Shown here one piece after another: positions 41,588 through 52,258 of a DNA stretch of 64,000 nt (the first letter of the stretch is position 1; every line of letters begins with the position of its first letter). Origin of the DNA: a virus. The translations under genes and the position numbers were made by a program. The DNA lies in IMG/VR virus record IMGVR_UViG_3300043409_002481, positions 1 through 64,000 of that record; one strand, given 5' to 3'. The notes under the pieces are model-generated. The model had not been told where the DNA came from. It saw only the letters and a list, made by a program, of their open reading frames with translations, and made no database searches.

Positions 41588-42550
41588 ATGTCAACACATC
41601 TTTTGTTGAATGAGCGCCCTTTACAGGTTTTGCCGACGCTAGCAGCGATATTTGGGATTAATGAAGCGATCGCAATTCAACAAATTCACTGGGTTATTAC
41701 GATCAAGCATGAACACCAAGACGATAAAACTTTTTACGAAGATTTTATGTGGTGTAAATACACATTAGTTCAATGGGGCGAAAAAATGCCTTGGCTTTCA
41801 GGCTCTAGTATTTTCCGACTTTTCAAAAAGCTTGAAAATGAAGGAATTGTGAAGACCGTTCAACCCTATGCATCAAGCAGAGATCAGACGAAATGGTACA
41901 GGATCGATTATGACGTTTTGCATGTCAGATCGAAAACTGCATCTAGTCAATTTGACGATCTCCCATCTAGTCAAAATGACCAAATCAGATCTAGTCAAAA
42001 TGACTACATGATCAATAGATCTAAAGATCTTAAAAATTTAAATAAAAAACAGAGTTTGCAAGATCAGAAAAAATTACCACCTGAACAAAAAACAGATCCC
42101 CTCTTGGATCTAGGTAAACCTGAATCCGAGGATCTTGAGAAGACCCCCCCCATAGCCCCCCCCGCCGTGCCGCGAAATTATGCTCAAGAGATGAGCGATC
42201 GCTTTAACAACAAAACAAATCGATTTGCTCCTAAAGGTTTAGACTTGCAGGGTTTTGCTAATTGGCACTTAGGCGGTAAGCGCAATAACTGGCATCTAGA
42301 TTTGATTGCGATCGCCAAAGCTCATTTAAAGAAGCATGAAAAGCCTTTTGGTGATGGCGACGCGATTAATTTTATTAACGGTATTTGCATGAAAGAAGAT
42401 TGGGCAAAATTCGAGCTTTTTGCGGATGAAGCTAAAGTCCATCAGCAAAAGTCCCAAGCTCAAACACAGCGATCGCCCGCACCAATACCGCAAGAATTAA
42501 CCGCAACAGCACCCCCCGCACACATTAGAGAGAGATTTAAGACAGCATGA
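41588..42550 (+). CDS. Replication initiator (lambda O-like)
   Basis: LA..FGINEAIAIQQIHW, DQTKWYRIDY; internal iterons; followed by DnaB. Confidence 0.85.
   Translation: MSTHLLLNERPLQVLPTLAAIFGINEAIAIQQIHWVITIKHEHQDDKTFYEDFMWCKYTLVQWGEKMPWLSGSSIFRLFKKLENEGIVKTVQPYASSRDQTKWYRIDYDVLHVRSKTASSQFDDLPSSQNDQIRSSQNDYMINRSKDLKNLNKKQSLQDQKKLPPEQKTDPLLDLGKPESEDLEKTPPIAPPAVPRNYAQEMSDRFNNKTNRFAPKGLDLQGFANWHLGGKRNNWHLDLIAIAKAHLKKHEKPFGDGDAINFINGICMKEDWAKFELFADEAKVHQQKSQAQTQRSPAPIPQELTATAPPAHIRERFKTA
41941..42050 (+). repeat. Putative replication origin: three iterons plus AT-rich tract
   Basis: ATCTAGTCAA(AA/TT)TGAC at 41941, 41965, 41989 (24-bp period). Confidence 0.8.
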
Positions 42551-43902
42551 ACGATTTAAGCACGCCCGATCTGCTATGTTCTAACGTTTCAGAAATCAAC
42601 GTGGTTGCCACTTTTTTGCAGAGTGGAGACTGGTTACCCCCCCTCACCGCTATACTCACACCTGAAATGTTTTTCAACCACCTTCACGGCGCTATTTTTG
42701 GCATGGCTTTGAAATTGCATCAACAAGGTTGTCAAATAACACCCGAAATCGTCGCTCAAGAGTTGGAAACCAAAAGCCAAATGGCAGGGGCAGGTATTTT
42801 TGATTATCGCGGCAAAATTTATGAGATCATGGAGAGCACGTTTCCAACACCTAGCTGTTTGGAGTATGCCCATTTAATCCGAGATAAATATAAATCTCGC
42901 AAGTATCGCGATTTCTGCAAACAATCGGCTGGACTATTTCAAGAATTGCCAATTGATGAAGCTAAAGAAAAGTTTGAGTCTGGACTTGTAGAGCTATCAA
43001 AAATCAGCTCTAGTGATCATACAGTCCCTCTCTCTAAGCCGATGGCTGATGTGTTTACTGATTTAATGGAAGTCTACGATCGTAAGCAAGCGGGATTAAT
43101 GCATGAAGTACTTTTGCCTACTGGTATTAGAGACTTTGACGCTTTGATCGGTGGTGGAATTGGTGAGGAACAATTCATTACAATCCTTGCTGATACAGGG
43201 ATCGGCAAAACTACCGTACTCAGAAAAATCATCAAAACGGCTGCTTCTTTGGGAGTTCCTACCCTTGAGTTCAGTATTGAAATGAGCGCAGAAAGCATGT
43301 CTCAAAAGATTTACTCAGACTTGGCTCAAATCCCTACAACAGCTTTACGAAATGGCGCGATCCGTGATGACCAATGGGAAAAACTAGCACAAGTTAGAGA
43401 ATCTTATATTGATCTTCCTTCGCTGATTAATGATCAAGTTCGCAACATCGAAGATATAATCTCTATCTCAAGAAATTATTATGCTAAGTATGGAAAGATT
43501 GGCATCATTGCAATCGATTATTTACAGCTAATCGAATCGACTAGGAAGGAATTACAGTATGACGATCGCCGTCGCTTTGTCTATGCTTGCAACGAATTGA
43601 ATGCACTCAAGAAAGAGCTAAAAACTCGCATCATTTTACTATCGCAGATTGGGCGCAACGTAAAAGATAGATCCGATAAACGCCCGACTCTTCACGATGC
43701 TGCTGAGTCTGGAAGGATTGAGCAAACGAGCGACATTTTGATATCCGCTTACCGCGATGAACATTACAACATAGATACTACTGATCGAGGAATCATGGAG
43801 ATATCCGTACTGAAGGGGCGATCGGTTCCTAGAGGGACAGTCAAGGTTTTATTTGATGGTCAATACTCAACTATTCAGGATCTAAAATATGGATCTTTCT
43901 AA
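42547..43902 (+). CDS. dnaB: Replicative DNA helicase, DnaB family
   Basis: ADTGIGKT, FSIEMS, IDYLQL, LLSQIGR, KRPTLHDAAESGRIEQ. Confidence 0.95.
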   Translation: MNDLSTPDLLCSNVSEINVVATFLQSGDWLPPLTAILTPEMFFNHLHGAIFGMALKLHQQGCQITPEIVAQELETKSQMAGAGIFDYRGKIYEIMESTFPTPSCLEYAHLIRDKYKSRKYRDFCKQSAGLFQELPIDEAKEKFESGLVELSKISSSDHTVPLSKPMADVFTDLMEVYDRKQAGLMHEVLLPTGIRDFDALIGGGIGEEQFITILADTGIGKTTVLRKIIKTAASLGVPTLEFSIEMSAESMSQKIYSDLAQIPTTALRNGAIRDDQWEKLAQVRESYIDLPSLINDQVRNIEDIISISRNYYAKYGKIGIIAIDYLQLIESTRKELQYDDRRRFVYACNELNALKKELKTRIILLSQIGRNVKDRSDKRPTLHDAAESGRIEQTSDILISAYRDEHYNIDTTDRGIMEISVLKGRSVPRGTVKVLFDGQYSTIQDLKYGSF

Positions 43903-44332
43903 ATTTGAATCTGATTTTTCTCCATACATCACCACCAAACAGACAGAATTGGAACTGATCGCCGCATACGTCGGTAAAGATGAAGCCCAAAACATCTTGA
44001 TAACAGCACTGCAGGAAATAGGCGAAATCTCTCCCCCTGTGGTTACTACAACCGCAATGATTAAAGATCCTTACGACTATATTTTATTAGCTGGAAAGCT
44101 AGTAGAAAAGCGTAAAACTTTAGTAAATCAGCGCAAAGAATTAGACAACGAACTCAAACAAAATCTATCTCTACTGGAAAAGAAATTAGGCGAAATCCCA
44201 GTAAGCGATCGCCTTGCTGCTTGGCTCTCTAAGTTCAAATTGCGAACTGGTTCAGAAGTTCAGACTGTTTCCCAAATTGCCGATATCGCCACGATTGAAA
44301 AATTAATTAGCTCTTTAAAATCTTTATTATGA
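43889..44332 (+). CDS. Hypothetical protein
   Basis: Coupled to dnaB. Confidence 0.6.
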   Translation: MDLSKFESDFSPYITTKQTELELIAAYVGKDEAQNILITALQEIGEISPPVVTTTAMIKDPYDYILLAGKLVEKRKTLVNQRKELDNELKQNLSLLEKKLGEIPVSDRLAAWLSKFKLRTGSEVQTVSQIADIATIEKLISSLKSLL

Positions 44333-45462
44333 AACCATCCCTACCCATCTGCATCCCCTCGCTCCCATCACCTGACACCAGCCCCGAAATATGGCGACAA
44401 GTTGCGCCGATCCTAAGTGCGATCGCAGAACGTGAACGCAATGATGAGAACCTATACCCATATGAAAAGATTGCATATAGTGCGCTTTCCTTTGCTACTT
44501 GGAACGCAAATAAAAAGCAATGGAGGACTTTGTGGCAATACCTACTAGATCGGCAAATTGTGCAGATTGGCATGATCGCAACGCCACCGCCAAAACCAAA
44601 AAGCGATCGCCCAAAGACAAAGCCGCCTAAGAATGTTGCGGCAACGCCAAAACCAAAGGCAACTACGAAGAAAAAGCCACGTAAACGGGTACGCAATCGC
44701 AAAAGATTATCTGATCGCAAATCACCAACGTACCTATATGTTTTTGCGTGTTTAAAGCCTTGTCTAAGTGGTTTGCAATTAATCCTGAATCTATACAGCT
44801 TTTTTGCCTACAGTGCCCCGTTATGCCCAAGGCAAAAACCACCGATCGCAATTCGTCCTGATGGTCAACGCATTAAAGCTTTGCTTGCATATAAAACGAG
44901 CAGCGGCGAATATGCGAGTCTAAAAGTGTATCTCCCATCGCTCAAAAAGCGGTACAGAATGAACTCTGATGTTTTGCGTCTTTTACTAGATTGGAGTAAT
45001 CCAATGAGAACTCGCACCAGAAAAAAGGTTGAATCTGACAAAAAGAAGGGAGTCGCTAAGCGGATTATCTCGACTGAGCAGATTAACCAAGTGCTAACAG
45101 ACAAATGGCAAGATGCTGTAACTATCTCTTTTAAGTTAAACGAGCTGTTAGGCGAGAATATTGAGTTAAGGAGGTTATCGAAGCTACTCTACAATCGCTC
45201 CGTAGCAGGTGAGATCTATCGCTACAATCGCGATCACCATGAGATTTCATATTTCTCGAAGGTACAAGCTACTGAGTTTGAGAACGAGTGGATGACCTTA
45301 GAGATGGCTTATCAGCTTGCAGTATCTAGAGGCTGCCCATTTGCTAGACATACATTCAGGAAAACCCATAGATTCGATTACAGCGCTTATGGGTTAGAGT
45401 TTCGCAAAGTCGCCCCTGATAACGAGTGCAGTCTATTACGGTATCGCGATATCCAGCTATAG
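44329..45462 (+). CDS. Basic hypothetical protein, possible nucleic-acid binder
   Basis: Lys/Pro-rich linker; winged-helix-like C-terminal part. Confidence 0.5.
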   Translation: MKPSLPICIPSLPSPDTSPEIWRQVAPILSAIAERERNDENLYPYEKIAYSALSFATWNANKKQWRTLWQYLLDRQIVQIGMIATPPPKPKSDRPKTKPPKNVAATPKPKATTKKKPRKRVRNRKRLSDRKSPTYLYVFACLKPCLSGLQLILNLYSFFAYSAPLCPRQKPPIAIRPDGQRIKALLAYKTSSGEYASLKVYLPSLKKRYRMNSDVLRLLLDWSNPMRTRTRKKVESDKKKGVAKRIISTEQINQVLTDKWQDAVTISFKLNELLGENIELRRLSKLLYNRSVAGEIYRYNRDHHEISYFSKVQATEFENEWMTLEMAYQLAVSRGCPFARHTFRKTHRFDYSAYGLEFRKVAPDNECSLLRYRDIQL

Positions 45463-46139
45463 ATTCAAGTCTATGCTTTGCGGGTTTATTGCGGTAGATA
45501 ACTATGATTAGGGTATTGTATGTTTGTATTGTTTGTACTATTGTGTAAACAGTTGAGAGATTAACGAGTAAATAAGTAAATCAAGGGAGTAAATATTATG
45601 GCTGTTTGGAACTCACTAAAAAATACTGTTGACGAAGCTTTGAGCTTGCCAGAAGGTGGCTTTGCTGCTGACTTTGGCTTCCTTGTAGAGCAATCAGTAA
45701 GCCCTGACATGGTACTTGAAGTTGTGACCGAATTAAAAGAAAAACAAATTGATGTCACGGTTGCAAGCCAATCAGGAATTTTGGTCAAGGCTAAAGAAAA
45801 AGGGTTGCTTGAGAATTGGGCGGCACTAGTTCTGCTTTAAAGCTCCCCTTCTCTCACTAAGAAGTATCACCTGCGGTCAAGTTGTGAGCGCGATCGCGTC
45901 TAAAAAGATACGTAGACACGTATTGGTAATATATCCCCTTCCCCTACTGGAAGCCACATCACGCGATCAAGGGTAGGCGCGATCGCATTATTAAATTATT
46001 TGGAGAGAGTATGCAATTTCTAACTATTTTTGCAGTTTATATAGGTTGCTATTTGGTATCAGTTGGATGGAATTGGGCATTGATAGCGAGTGGAATATTC
46101 TTTTTAGCTGTCTTATTTGATTGGCTAAAAGATTACGCG

Positions 46140-46432
46140 AATGCAAACTGGTAAATACAATGATTGCAGAATACCTCACAATCTCAGACTTCCGTAAAGC
46201 CCCTACCCGCCTATGTCGCCCCGTGGCGGCTGGTAAAAAAGAGTATATCGTGACCTCTAACGAGTTGCCTATATTCACGGTTGTTAAAGTTAAACCCAAT
46301 ACTCAGGACAAACAGATCGGAGTTGACGCAATGCGAAAAAGCTTATTTGATTTCCAGAATCTATTGGAAGAATATGGAGCTGTAACTCTGACGGCGTATG
46401 GCAAACCACTTGCAAGGTGTGTGAAATTATGA
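46140..46432 (+). CDS. Tandem Phd/YefM-like domain protein
   Basis: LTISDFRK...YIVTSNELPIFTVV and IGVDAMRK...VTLTAYGKPLARCV. Confidence 0.6.
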
Positions 46433-47151
46433 AACCAGAAATCAGACAAGACGCGATCACAGGTACAGAGCAAGCCATTGATAAGATCGTAGAATCGGTA
46501 CGCGATCGCATGGCAGATCACGCAATTGGTAAAACTGTAGTTGATTGCCAAATTAATCAGGACTTGGCTGCGTATCGGATGCTGAAGGAAGAATGGAAGG
46601 AGTTGAAGGGATTATGAGTAAAATTATCGACAAAATCGCAACCACCATGCAAACCTCGCACGATTGCAGCCAGTGCGCTCTTCGCAACTCATGCGATCGC
46701 ACTCCGTTAGAGAATGCATGGCGCGATCAAAATAAACGCTGTAGTTTGTGGAAGGTGTGGAATGGATAAGCGATCGTTTTTTGTGAAAGTAGCAGGATTT
46801 GAGGACGCTTTAATATTTGCGGAAACACATGGCAAAGCAAAACTTCAAGTAGCTAGAACATTGAAAGAATGTGGTTACGCAGTTTCTGTTAAAGATGGGT
46901 TTAGTCAGATTAATTCTTGCAAACTCTCTACAGCTGAAACGATGGCAGAATACATGAAAGCCCATACTTGGAGCTAAAAGCATGAGTAACTTATCGCCCG
47001 AAAAAGAATTCACTCACATGATGTTTTGCCAACAAATCCAAAACATCGATCTAGATGCAGCTAAGCAGCTACTCACTGAGCTACATTTGCTGTATTTGGG
47101 GCAGCAAGCAGTATTTGCGAAGATTGCGAAAAATGAGTTTTTAGGAGGTAT

Positions 47152-47712
47152 TTGATTGTGATCACTTTACAGCCTAATCTATTCTCAATGTCTTTAGTCG
47201 TTACTGAAGAAGACAAAGACAACGATGAGAACTATACACCAGACCGAATCGTAAAACCATTCCGCGACTTGGTTGGAGGTTTCCACCTTGACGCTTTTTC
47301 ATGCGCTAGAGCTAACGAAATCATCCAAGCTAAACTTTATTTTACAAAAGCCGATGATGCATTTAGTCAGGATTTAACGGAGTTCTACAACAAGTGGTTT
47401 AATCCACCGTATTCAAAGGGCAACATTGACAGGGCTGTAGAGTTAGTTTTGAGCTATGCCCATATTGGGAATAGCTTTTTATTGGTCAACTCAAATACCT
47501 CTAGCAATTGGTTTATAGACGCTCAAAAATATTGTGTATGCCAACTAACTTTTGATCAAAGAATTGAGTTCACAAACCCTAAAAATGATGGGACTAAAAA
47601 AGATTCTGGCAACACCAAAGGGCAGACATTATTTTACCTTGGAGTGGACTACACACCCAAGCAAATCAAGGCTTGCTGTAAGCATCTTGGCAATGTATCG
47701 GTAACTATTTAG
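47152..47712 (+). CDS. Phage DNA N6-adenine methyltransferase
   Basis: DENYTP, LDAFS, WFNPPYS, RIEF. Confidence 0.88.
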   Translation: MIVITLQPNLFSMSLVVTEEDKDNDENYTPDRIVKPFRDLVGGFHLDAFSCARANEIIQAKLYFTKADDAFSQDLTEFYNKWFNPPYSKGNIDRAVELVLSYAHIGNSFLLVNSNTSSNWFIDAQKYCVCQLTFDQRIEFTNPKNDGTKKDSGNTKGQTLFYLGVDYTPKQIKACCKHLGNVSVTI

Positions 47713-47991
47713 GATCAAAAATGTCAACAACTACACTAATAATAATCATCTTTACGATCGCTCTTTCTCTAGCGAGTCTAGCAATTTCGCTATTCTCAAT
47801 TATTTATTCTTTGAGGATCAAAAAATGAAATACTACAAAGCAACTACTGGCGAATATTACTCCGCCAAAAATATCCTAGATGCATTGGCAGCAGCTAGAC
47901 ACAAACATCCAAACACGACTCCATCCCTGAAGCTAATTGACAGAGGCGAAATCCCCTCAGACGCAAAAATAATCGAGACTGGCGAAATAAT

Positions 47992-48720
47992 CTAGCAAGC
48001 CAACAGCATTAATGGTGACGCATTGTACACAGGCGCAGCTAGCGATCGCTTGGGGTAAACCAAAGGATTATGTACTAACCCTGAATAGCCCTGCACAAAT
48101 GAAACAGAGCCGTTTTCTGTCCAGTTATACCCATTGCCCGAATAATCCTTGCTCCTTTGGGCATCGGATGGTGATGGCATGTAGCGGACTAGATTTGCTG
48201 TACGCTGTGGAGTTGATCTCCACATCTGATTGAGTATTTCCGTATTTGTAAGCGCGGCTGAATATTGATAGAGCTGATCTATATTGCCATCCAATTCATA
48301 GGGGAACGCAGCATTTAAAGCTCCTACAATATTTTTCCCTACAGCAGCCCGACCAGTGATATTAGTGCTATTAGTGGCTACAGATACGCCATTTTCGTAA
48401 ACGATTAAGGCAGTTGCAGACTCTCTAACCACTGCCACATGTACCCACACACCAAAGCCAGAAGTGAATGAGGGTTGAATATTATTAGATCCTGCGATCC
48501 CTACATCAATATAGAAATTAGTTGAACTAATCAGAGCAACGTAATCGTAATTATTTAGACTGCCTGTGTCGTTACCGTCTGTTATGCCAAAAAATGACAA
48601 AGCCGCGTCTGGTTGGCTATTGATAAAAAACCATGCCATCAGCGTATATGGCAGGTTGTAATCAATCAGATTCGTTGTTACTTGGAGGTCTTCGCCAGAA
48701 GCGTTTAATAATACAGCCAT
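47992..48720 (-). CDS. LamG/concanavalin A-like virion protein
   Basis: YTLMAWF, WVHVAVVR, LDGNIDQLYQYSAALT, DYSGNG. Confidence 0.85.
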   Translation of the reverse strand: MAVLLNASGEDLQVTTNLIDYNLPYTLMAWFFINSQPDAALSFFGITDGNDTGSLNNYDYVALISSTNFYIDVGIAGSNNIQPSFTSGFGVWVHVAVVRESATALIVYENGVSVATNSTNITGRAAVGKNIVGALNAAFPYELDGNIDQLYQYSAALTNTEILNQMWRSTPQRTANLVRYMPSPSDAQRSKDYSGNGYNWTENGSVSFVQGYSGLVHNPLVYPKRSLAAPVYNASPLMLLAC

Positions 48721-48726
48721 GATTCT

Positions 48727-50124
48727 TTAGCTCGCGTCATAAATTCCAGCCGATAGCAAAGCAACCGTAGCAGCTACATTTGACCCCACACTGATATCTC
48801 GATCTAGGCGGAAAATCACGTATTCCCCTGCTGCAACAGAGTCTCTATTGGTTAGGGTGATAGATATCTCTTTCGGATTGAAGGTAGTCCCTGCAACCGC
48901 TATAGAGCCGCTTGAGTTAGCAGTGTCAAAACTATTACTCGTATCGATATTGATTGCCTCCAAGGAGGCGATCGCCTCAACTTGTACCCGAAATTGCATA
49001 TTACCAGTTGTAGCTGAACAGGCTGTGAGAGCTTTAAAAGTTAAATCGCCTGTGAATAATGGCATCGGCATACAGGCAGAGCGAAGAACCTCTGATACGC
49101 TCTGTCTAAAACCCCATGCACTACGTTCAGCGCCGCCTGTTGCGGTTTTGATGTACACGGGAAAATTTGCGCCAAGTGGCAAGAAAATTTCATTTGGCAG
49201 TGGAAGGATAAGAGCCATTACAAAACCCTCCTCAGATTGTATTTTTTGAGTGAAGCGTTAACTGTTGTGCGGTCTTGAACGTTAAGACTAGCTGCTGTAG
49301 CTAAAGCTGCTAACGCAAAGTAAAAACCGTTATCATTAGCAGGGGCGCGAAGTTTAAATACTGAAGAAGAGCCTAATCCAGCTTTGCCAACTCCAAACAA
49401 TCTAAACCCAAGGCTAGGTTTTACATCTATTTGATCCATCAGTAGTCTGCCGATGCGATCGCGATTAGCGTTAGCAGTATCAAAATAATCAGCTAGGAAC
49501 GCTGTAGGATTGCCAACTGCATCTAAATCTAAGGCGACTACTACCCAAGTTTTTGTAGCTGTTTGCGCCTCTAGATCGATGACTGGTGTTCCCTCGTCTA
49601 ATCTCTCTATATCAGGATCGATTGTTGGACGATCACTAATTATTTGAGGTAAATAATATCCATCAACAATCTCTGACCCCGACTCAAGTTTCACCCATTT
49701 CTCGAATGTGCGATCGGGTGTGAGGAGAGCATATATTCCTGTTGTTTCGATAATCATATTTTTTTGTCTAAAGGTTAGCCGCCTGACATGACGGCTTTGT
49801 TGATTAAAGTTCAGAAGTAGGCACAAACATTGTTGTAATTTCTCCAGCCATCCGCACATCGTAATCGCCTGTGAGGTAGCGAACAAAATAATCGAGAGGC
49901 AAGACCAATCGAGGACTACCACTTAGCACAATAGAGAATACGCGGATGATATTCTCGCCTGTGGTTTCCACATCAAAAACTTCTTGAGTTTGAGTGTTGT
50001 ACCAACGAGAACACTGATTATATAGAGTGGTTCCTAGGAATGTTTCGATCTCTGAGTAGTTTGAGCCTGTAAATTCCACGTAATCAACAAAGTGATCTCT
50101 ATAACCAGCTCTTACAATTGCCAT
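48727..50124 (-). other. Three fibre-associated genes (49804..50124, about 49218..49757, 48727..49218)
   Basis: Coupled ORFs inside the fibre cluster. Confidence 0.55.
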
Positions 50125-50181
50125 GAGTTTTTGCTCCTATAGTTTTTAGCGTTACACCCGCACTATTCGGGACTGAAAATC

Positions 50182-51084
50182 TTACCAAGATGCAATGCAA
50201 ATATAGCCATCACCGCCTCGACCTCCAGCTCCACCAGTGACACCGCCACCGCCACCGCCACCACCTGAACCTAGTCCAGCCGATCCACCAGCACCACCAA
50301 CACCAGCCGCGCCATTAGAACCGCCGCCTGATCCCCCTGCTGTATAAAATGTGGGGAAAAACGAGGAATAGCCATCAATTCCAGCTCCACCACCAGCAAC
50401 ACCGCCTGAGATTACAGGATAGATACCAGCCGCTGTAATATTTCCCCCTGCGTTATTTGTGTTTGCAGTGGGAGTACTTCCACCACCAGCGCCGCCGCAA
50501 GTAATACTAGTGGCGAATTGAGTAATACTGCCACCAGCAGCACCACCAACAGCACCACCAGCACCGCCGCTCATACCTGCAACTGAGGTAAAAATACCTA
50601 AAGCAATATATGCCGCTTGGGTTGCACCCGATACCGTCTCACCAGCACCAGCCGTACCAGCTACAGCTCCACCACCAGCTACAGCATTACCAGAAGCTAA
50701 AACTACATTATGACTAGCCGCCGCCGCCGCATTGGTTCGCAATATCAGCGATCGTTGCCCAGCCGTGCCTGCTCCGTTAGCTGCACCACCAGCTCCACCA
50801 GCACCAACTTGGATATACAAAAGATCGGGCAATAAAAAAGCTGGTATCAGTAATCGTGCCTGCCCACCTGCACCGCCGCCACCACCGCCTGTTCTACCAG
50901 TACCAGCCGCGCCCGTTGCACCACCAGCACCACCAGCACCAGAGCCGATCGCAAGCATATAAACAAACGTACAACCTTGAGGTTTTACCCAAGCCTGAAA
51001 AGTGGCGTTACCAGTGGCGAAAAACTCTTTAATTTCACCGCCAAAACCGCCTTGTCTTTGAGAAGTTTGGAATCCTGCAAACAT
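50182..51084 (-). CDS. Glycine-rich adhesin/fibre tip protein
   Basis: WVKPQG start, many poly-Gly segments, GGRGGDGYICIASW end. Confidence 0.8.
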   Translation of the reverse strand: MFAGFQTSQRQGGFGGEIKEFFATGNATFQAWVKPQGCTFVYMLAIGSGAGGAGGATGAAGTGRTGGGGGGAGGQARLLIPAFLLPDLLYIQVGAGGAGGAANGAGTAGQRSLILRTNAAAAASHNVVLASGNAVAGGGAVAGTAGAGETVSGATQAAYIALGIFTSVAGMSGGAGGAVGGAAGGSITQFATSITCGGAGGGSTPTANTNNAGGNITAAGIYPVISGGVAGGGAGIDGYSSFFPTFYTAGGSGGGSNGAAGVGGAGGSAGLGSGGGGGGGGVTGGAGGRGGDGYICIASW

Positions 51085-51524
51085 TACAAATCACCGCCCC
51101 ATCCAGTAAAGTACCAACCCAAAGCCGCGCCAACGGTTGTACCTAAACAGACATTTATTTTGTAGCCGTTTGGGAGCATCTTAAATACGGGGAGTACGAA
51201 CTCTTGAATAGCTGCGTTTGCCGAACCTGTAGTAGCTTGCAGAGCTAACTCTGCAAAGAATGAATTATTGGCTGCCGTTGTGTTAGCTGAGCCATTATTA
51301 ACAAAAAATCTAGCCACATTAGCAACGTTATTAGAGCCTGTATGACTAACAGGTTTTACGGTAATAGTTTGGACAAAACCGCCTTCAGCTTCTGCCCCGT
51401 TAGCTGTCCATATTGTTGCTACTGTACCCGTCCCATCGGTAGCTGTATTCGCCGCCGTATTGATGATCGACACCCATTGGACATTAGGTCTGCGACAAAA
51501 GATTGGTGATGTATTTGCTGCCAT
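51084..51524 (-). CDS. Virion structural protein
   Basis: MAANTSPIF...GGDL pattern, coupled to Gly-rich gene. Confidence 0.6.
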   Translation of the reverse strand: MAANTSPIFCRRPNVQWVSIINTAANTATDGTGTVATIWTANGAEAEGGFVQTITVKPVSHTGSNNVANVARFFVNNGSANTTAANNSFFAELALQATTGSANAAIQEFVLPVFKMLPNGYKINVCLGTTVGAALGWYFTGWGGDL

Positions 51525-51592
51525 TTGGTTTGCCTTTGATATACTTGATTTGTATTTAATTAGTAATTCTAGAAAAAACTAGTTAAATGTCA

Positions 51593-51657
51593 GGTGTGCT
51601 AGCTCAAGGGAGCGTACTGGTGGACAGTAAGGTAGGTTCGATTCCTAATGCACATCA
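51593..51657 (+). tRNA. Shortened tRNA-like gene (65 nt), identity uncertain
   Basis: GGTGTGC/GCACATC acceptor with A; GCTC/GAGC D-stem; TACTG-GTGGA-CAGTA arm with 5-nt loop; TAGG-TTCGATT-CCTA. Confidence 0.6.
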
Positions 51658-52227
51658 TTAAAAAAAGTTAGCTCTTGCCGCTAAAACTGAACCTAAAGCC
51701 AATGGCACGACAGCCGCAGGATAAGCCCCAATCGTCGTACCAATTAGATCCCATTTAGAATCTGTTGAGTTATACCGAAATCCGATATAGTCTTCAGCGC
51801 TCGATCCTGTGGTAGCAGTTGGCAAAGAGAGGGAGCTAGCAGCCTGATAGGCAGTGCCAAAAGAAATCGCCCTTGAAGTGCTACTTGTAATCCTGATTTG
51901 GAGTAATTGTCCATTAGTGGGACTGCCTGTCGGATTAGCGAAAGTAGTCGTTTGAGAGAGGCTAGTAAGTATGCCAAGATCCGTTGTATCGGCGTTTGGG
52001 GTAACAGTGGCTGCATCGGTGAGGGTGACAACTCTCAAAGAGCCGCCCGATCCCCCAACGTTTTCCCATGTTGAACCATTGCTAATTTGCAATACGCCGC
52101 CACTAATTCGCAACGCATCCGCACCAGCACTAGCGGCAGAGATACTTGATTCTGTACCAATGCCGCGCAAAACATTTGATTGATTGTCTAGACCGAATCT
52201 AGCTCTTAGAGGCGTTTGAGTTCCCAT
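51658..52227 (-). CDS. Fibre protein
   Basis: NPTGSPTNGQ...DYIGFRYNSTDSKWD module; GGAAGG RBS. Confidence 0.65.
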   Translation of the reverse strand: MGTQTPLRARFGLDNQSNVLRGIGTESSISAASAGADALRISGGVLQISNGSTWENVGGSGGSLRVVTLTDAATVTPNADTTDLGILTSLSQTTTFANPTGSPTNGQLLQIRITSSTSRAISFGTAYQAASSLSLPTATTGSSAEDYIGFRYNSTDSKWDLIGTTIGAYPAAVVPLALGSVLAARANFF

Positions 52228-52258
52228 AAAGTTCCCTTCCCTTTATAGATTGAATTGA

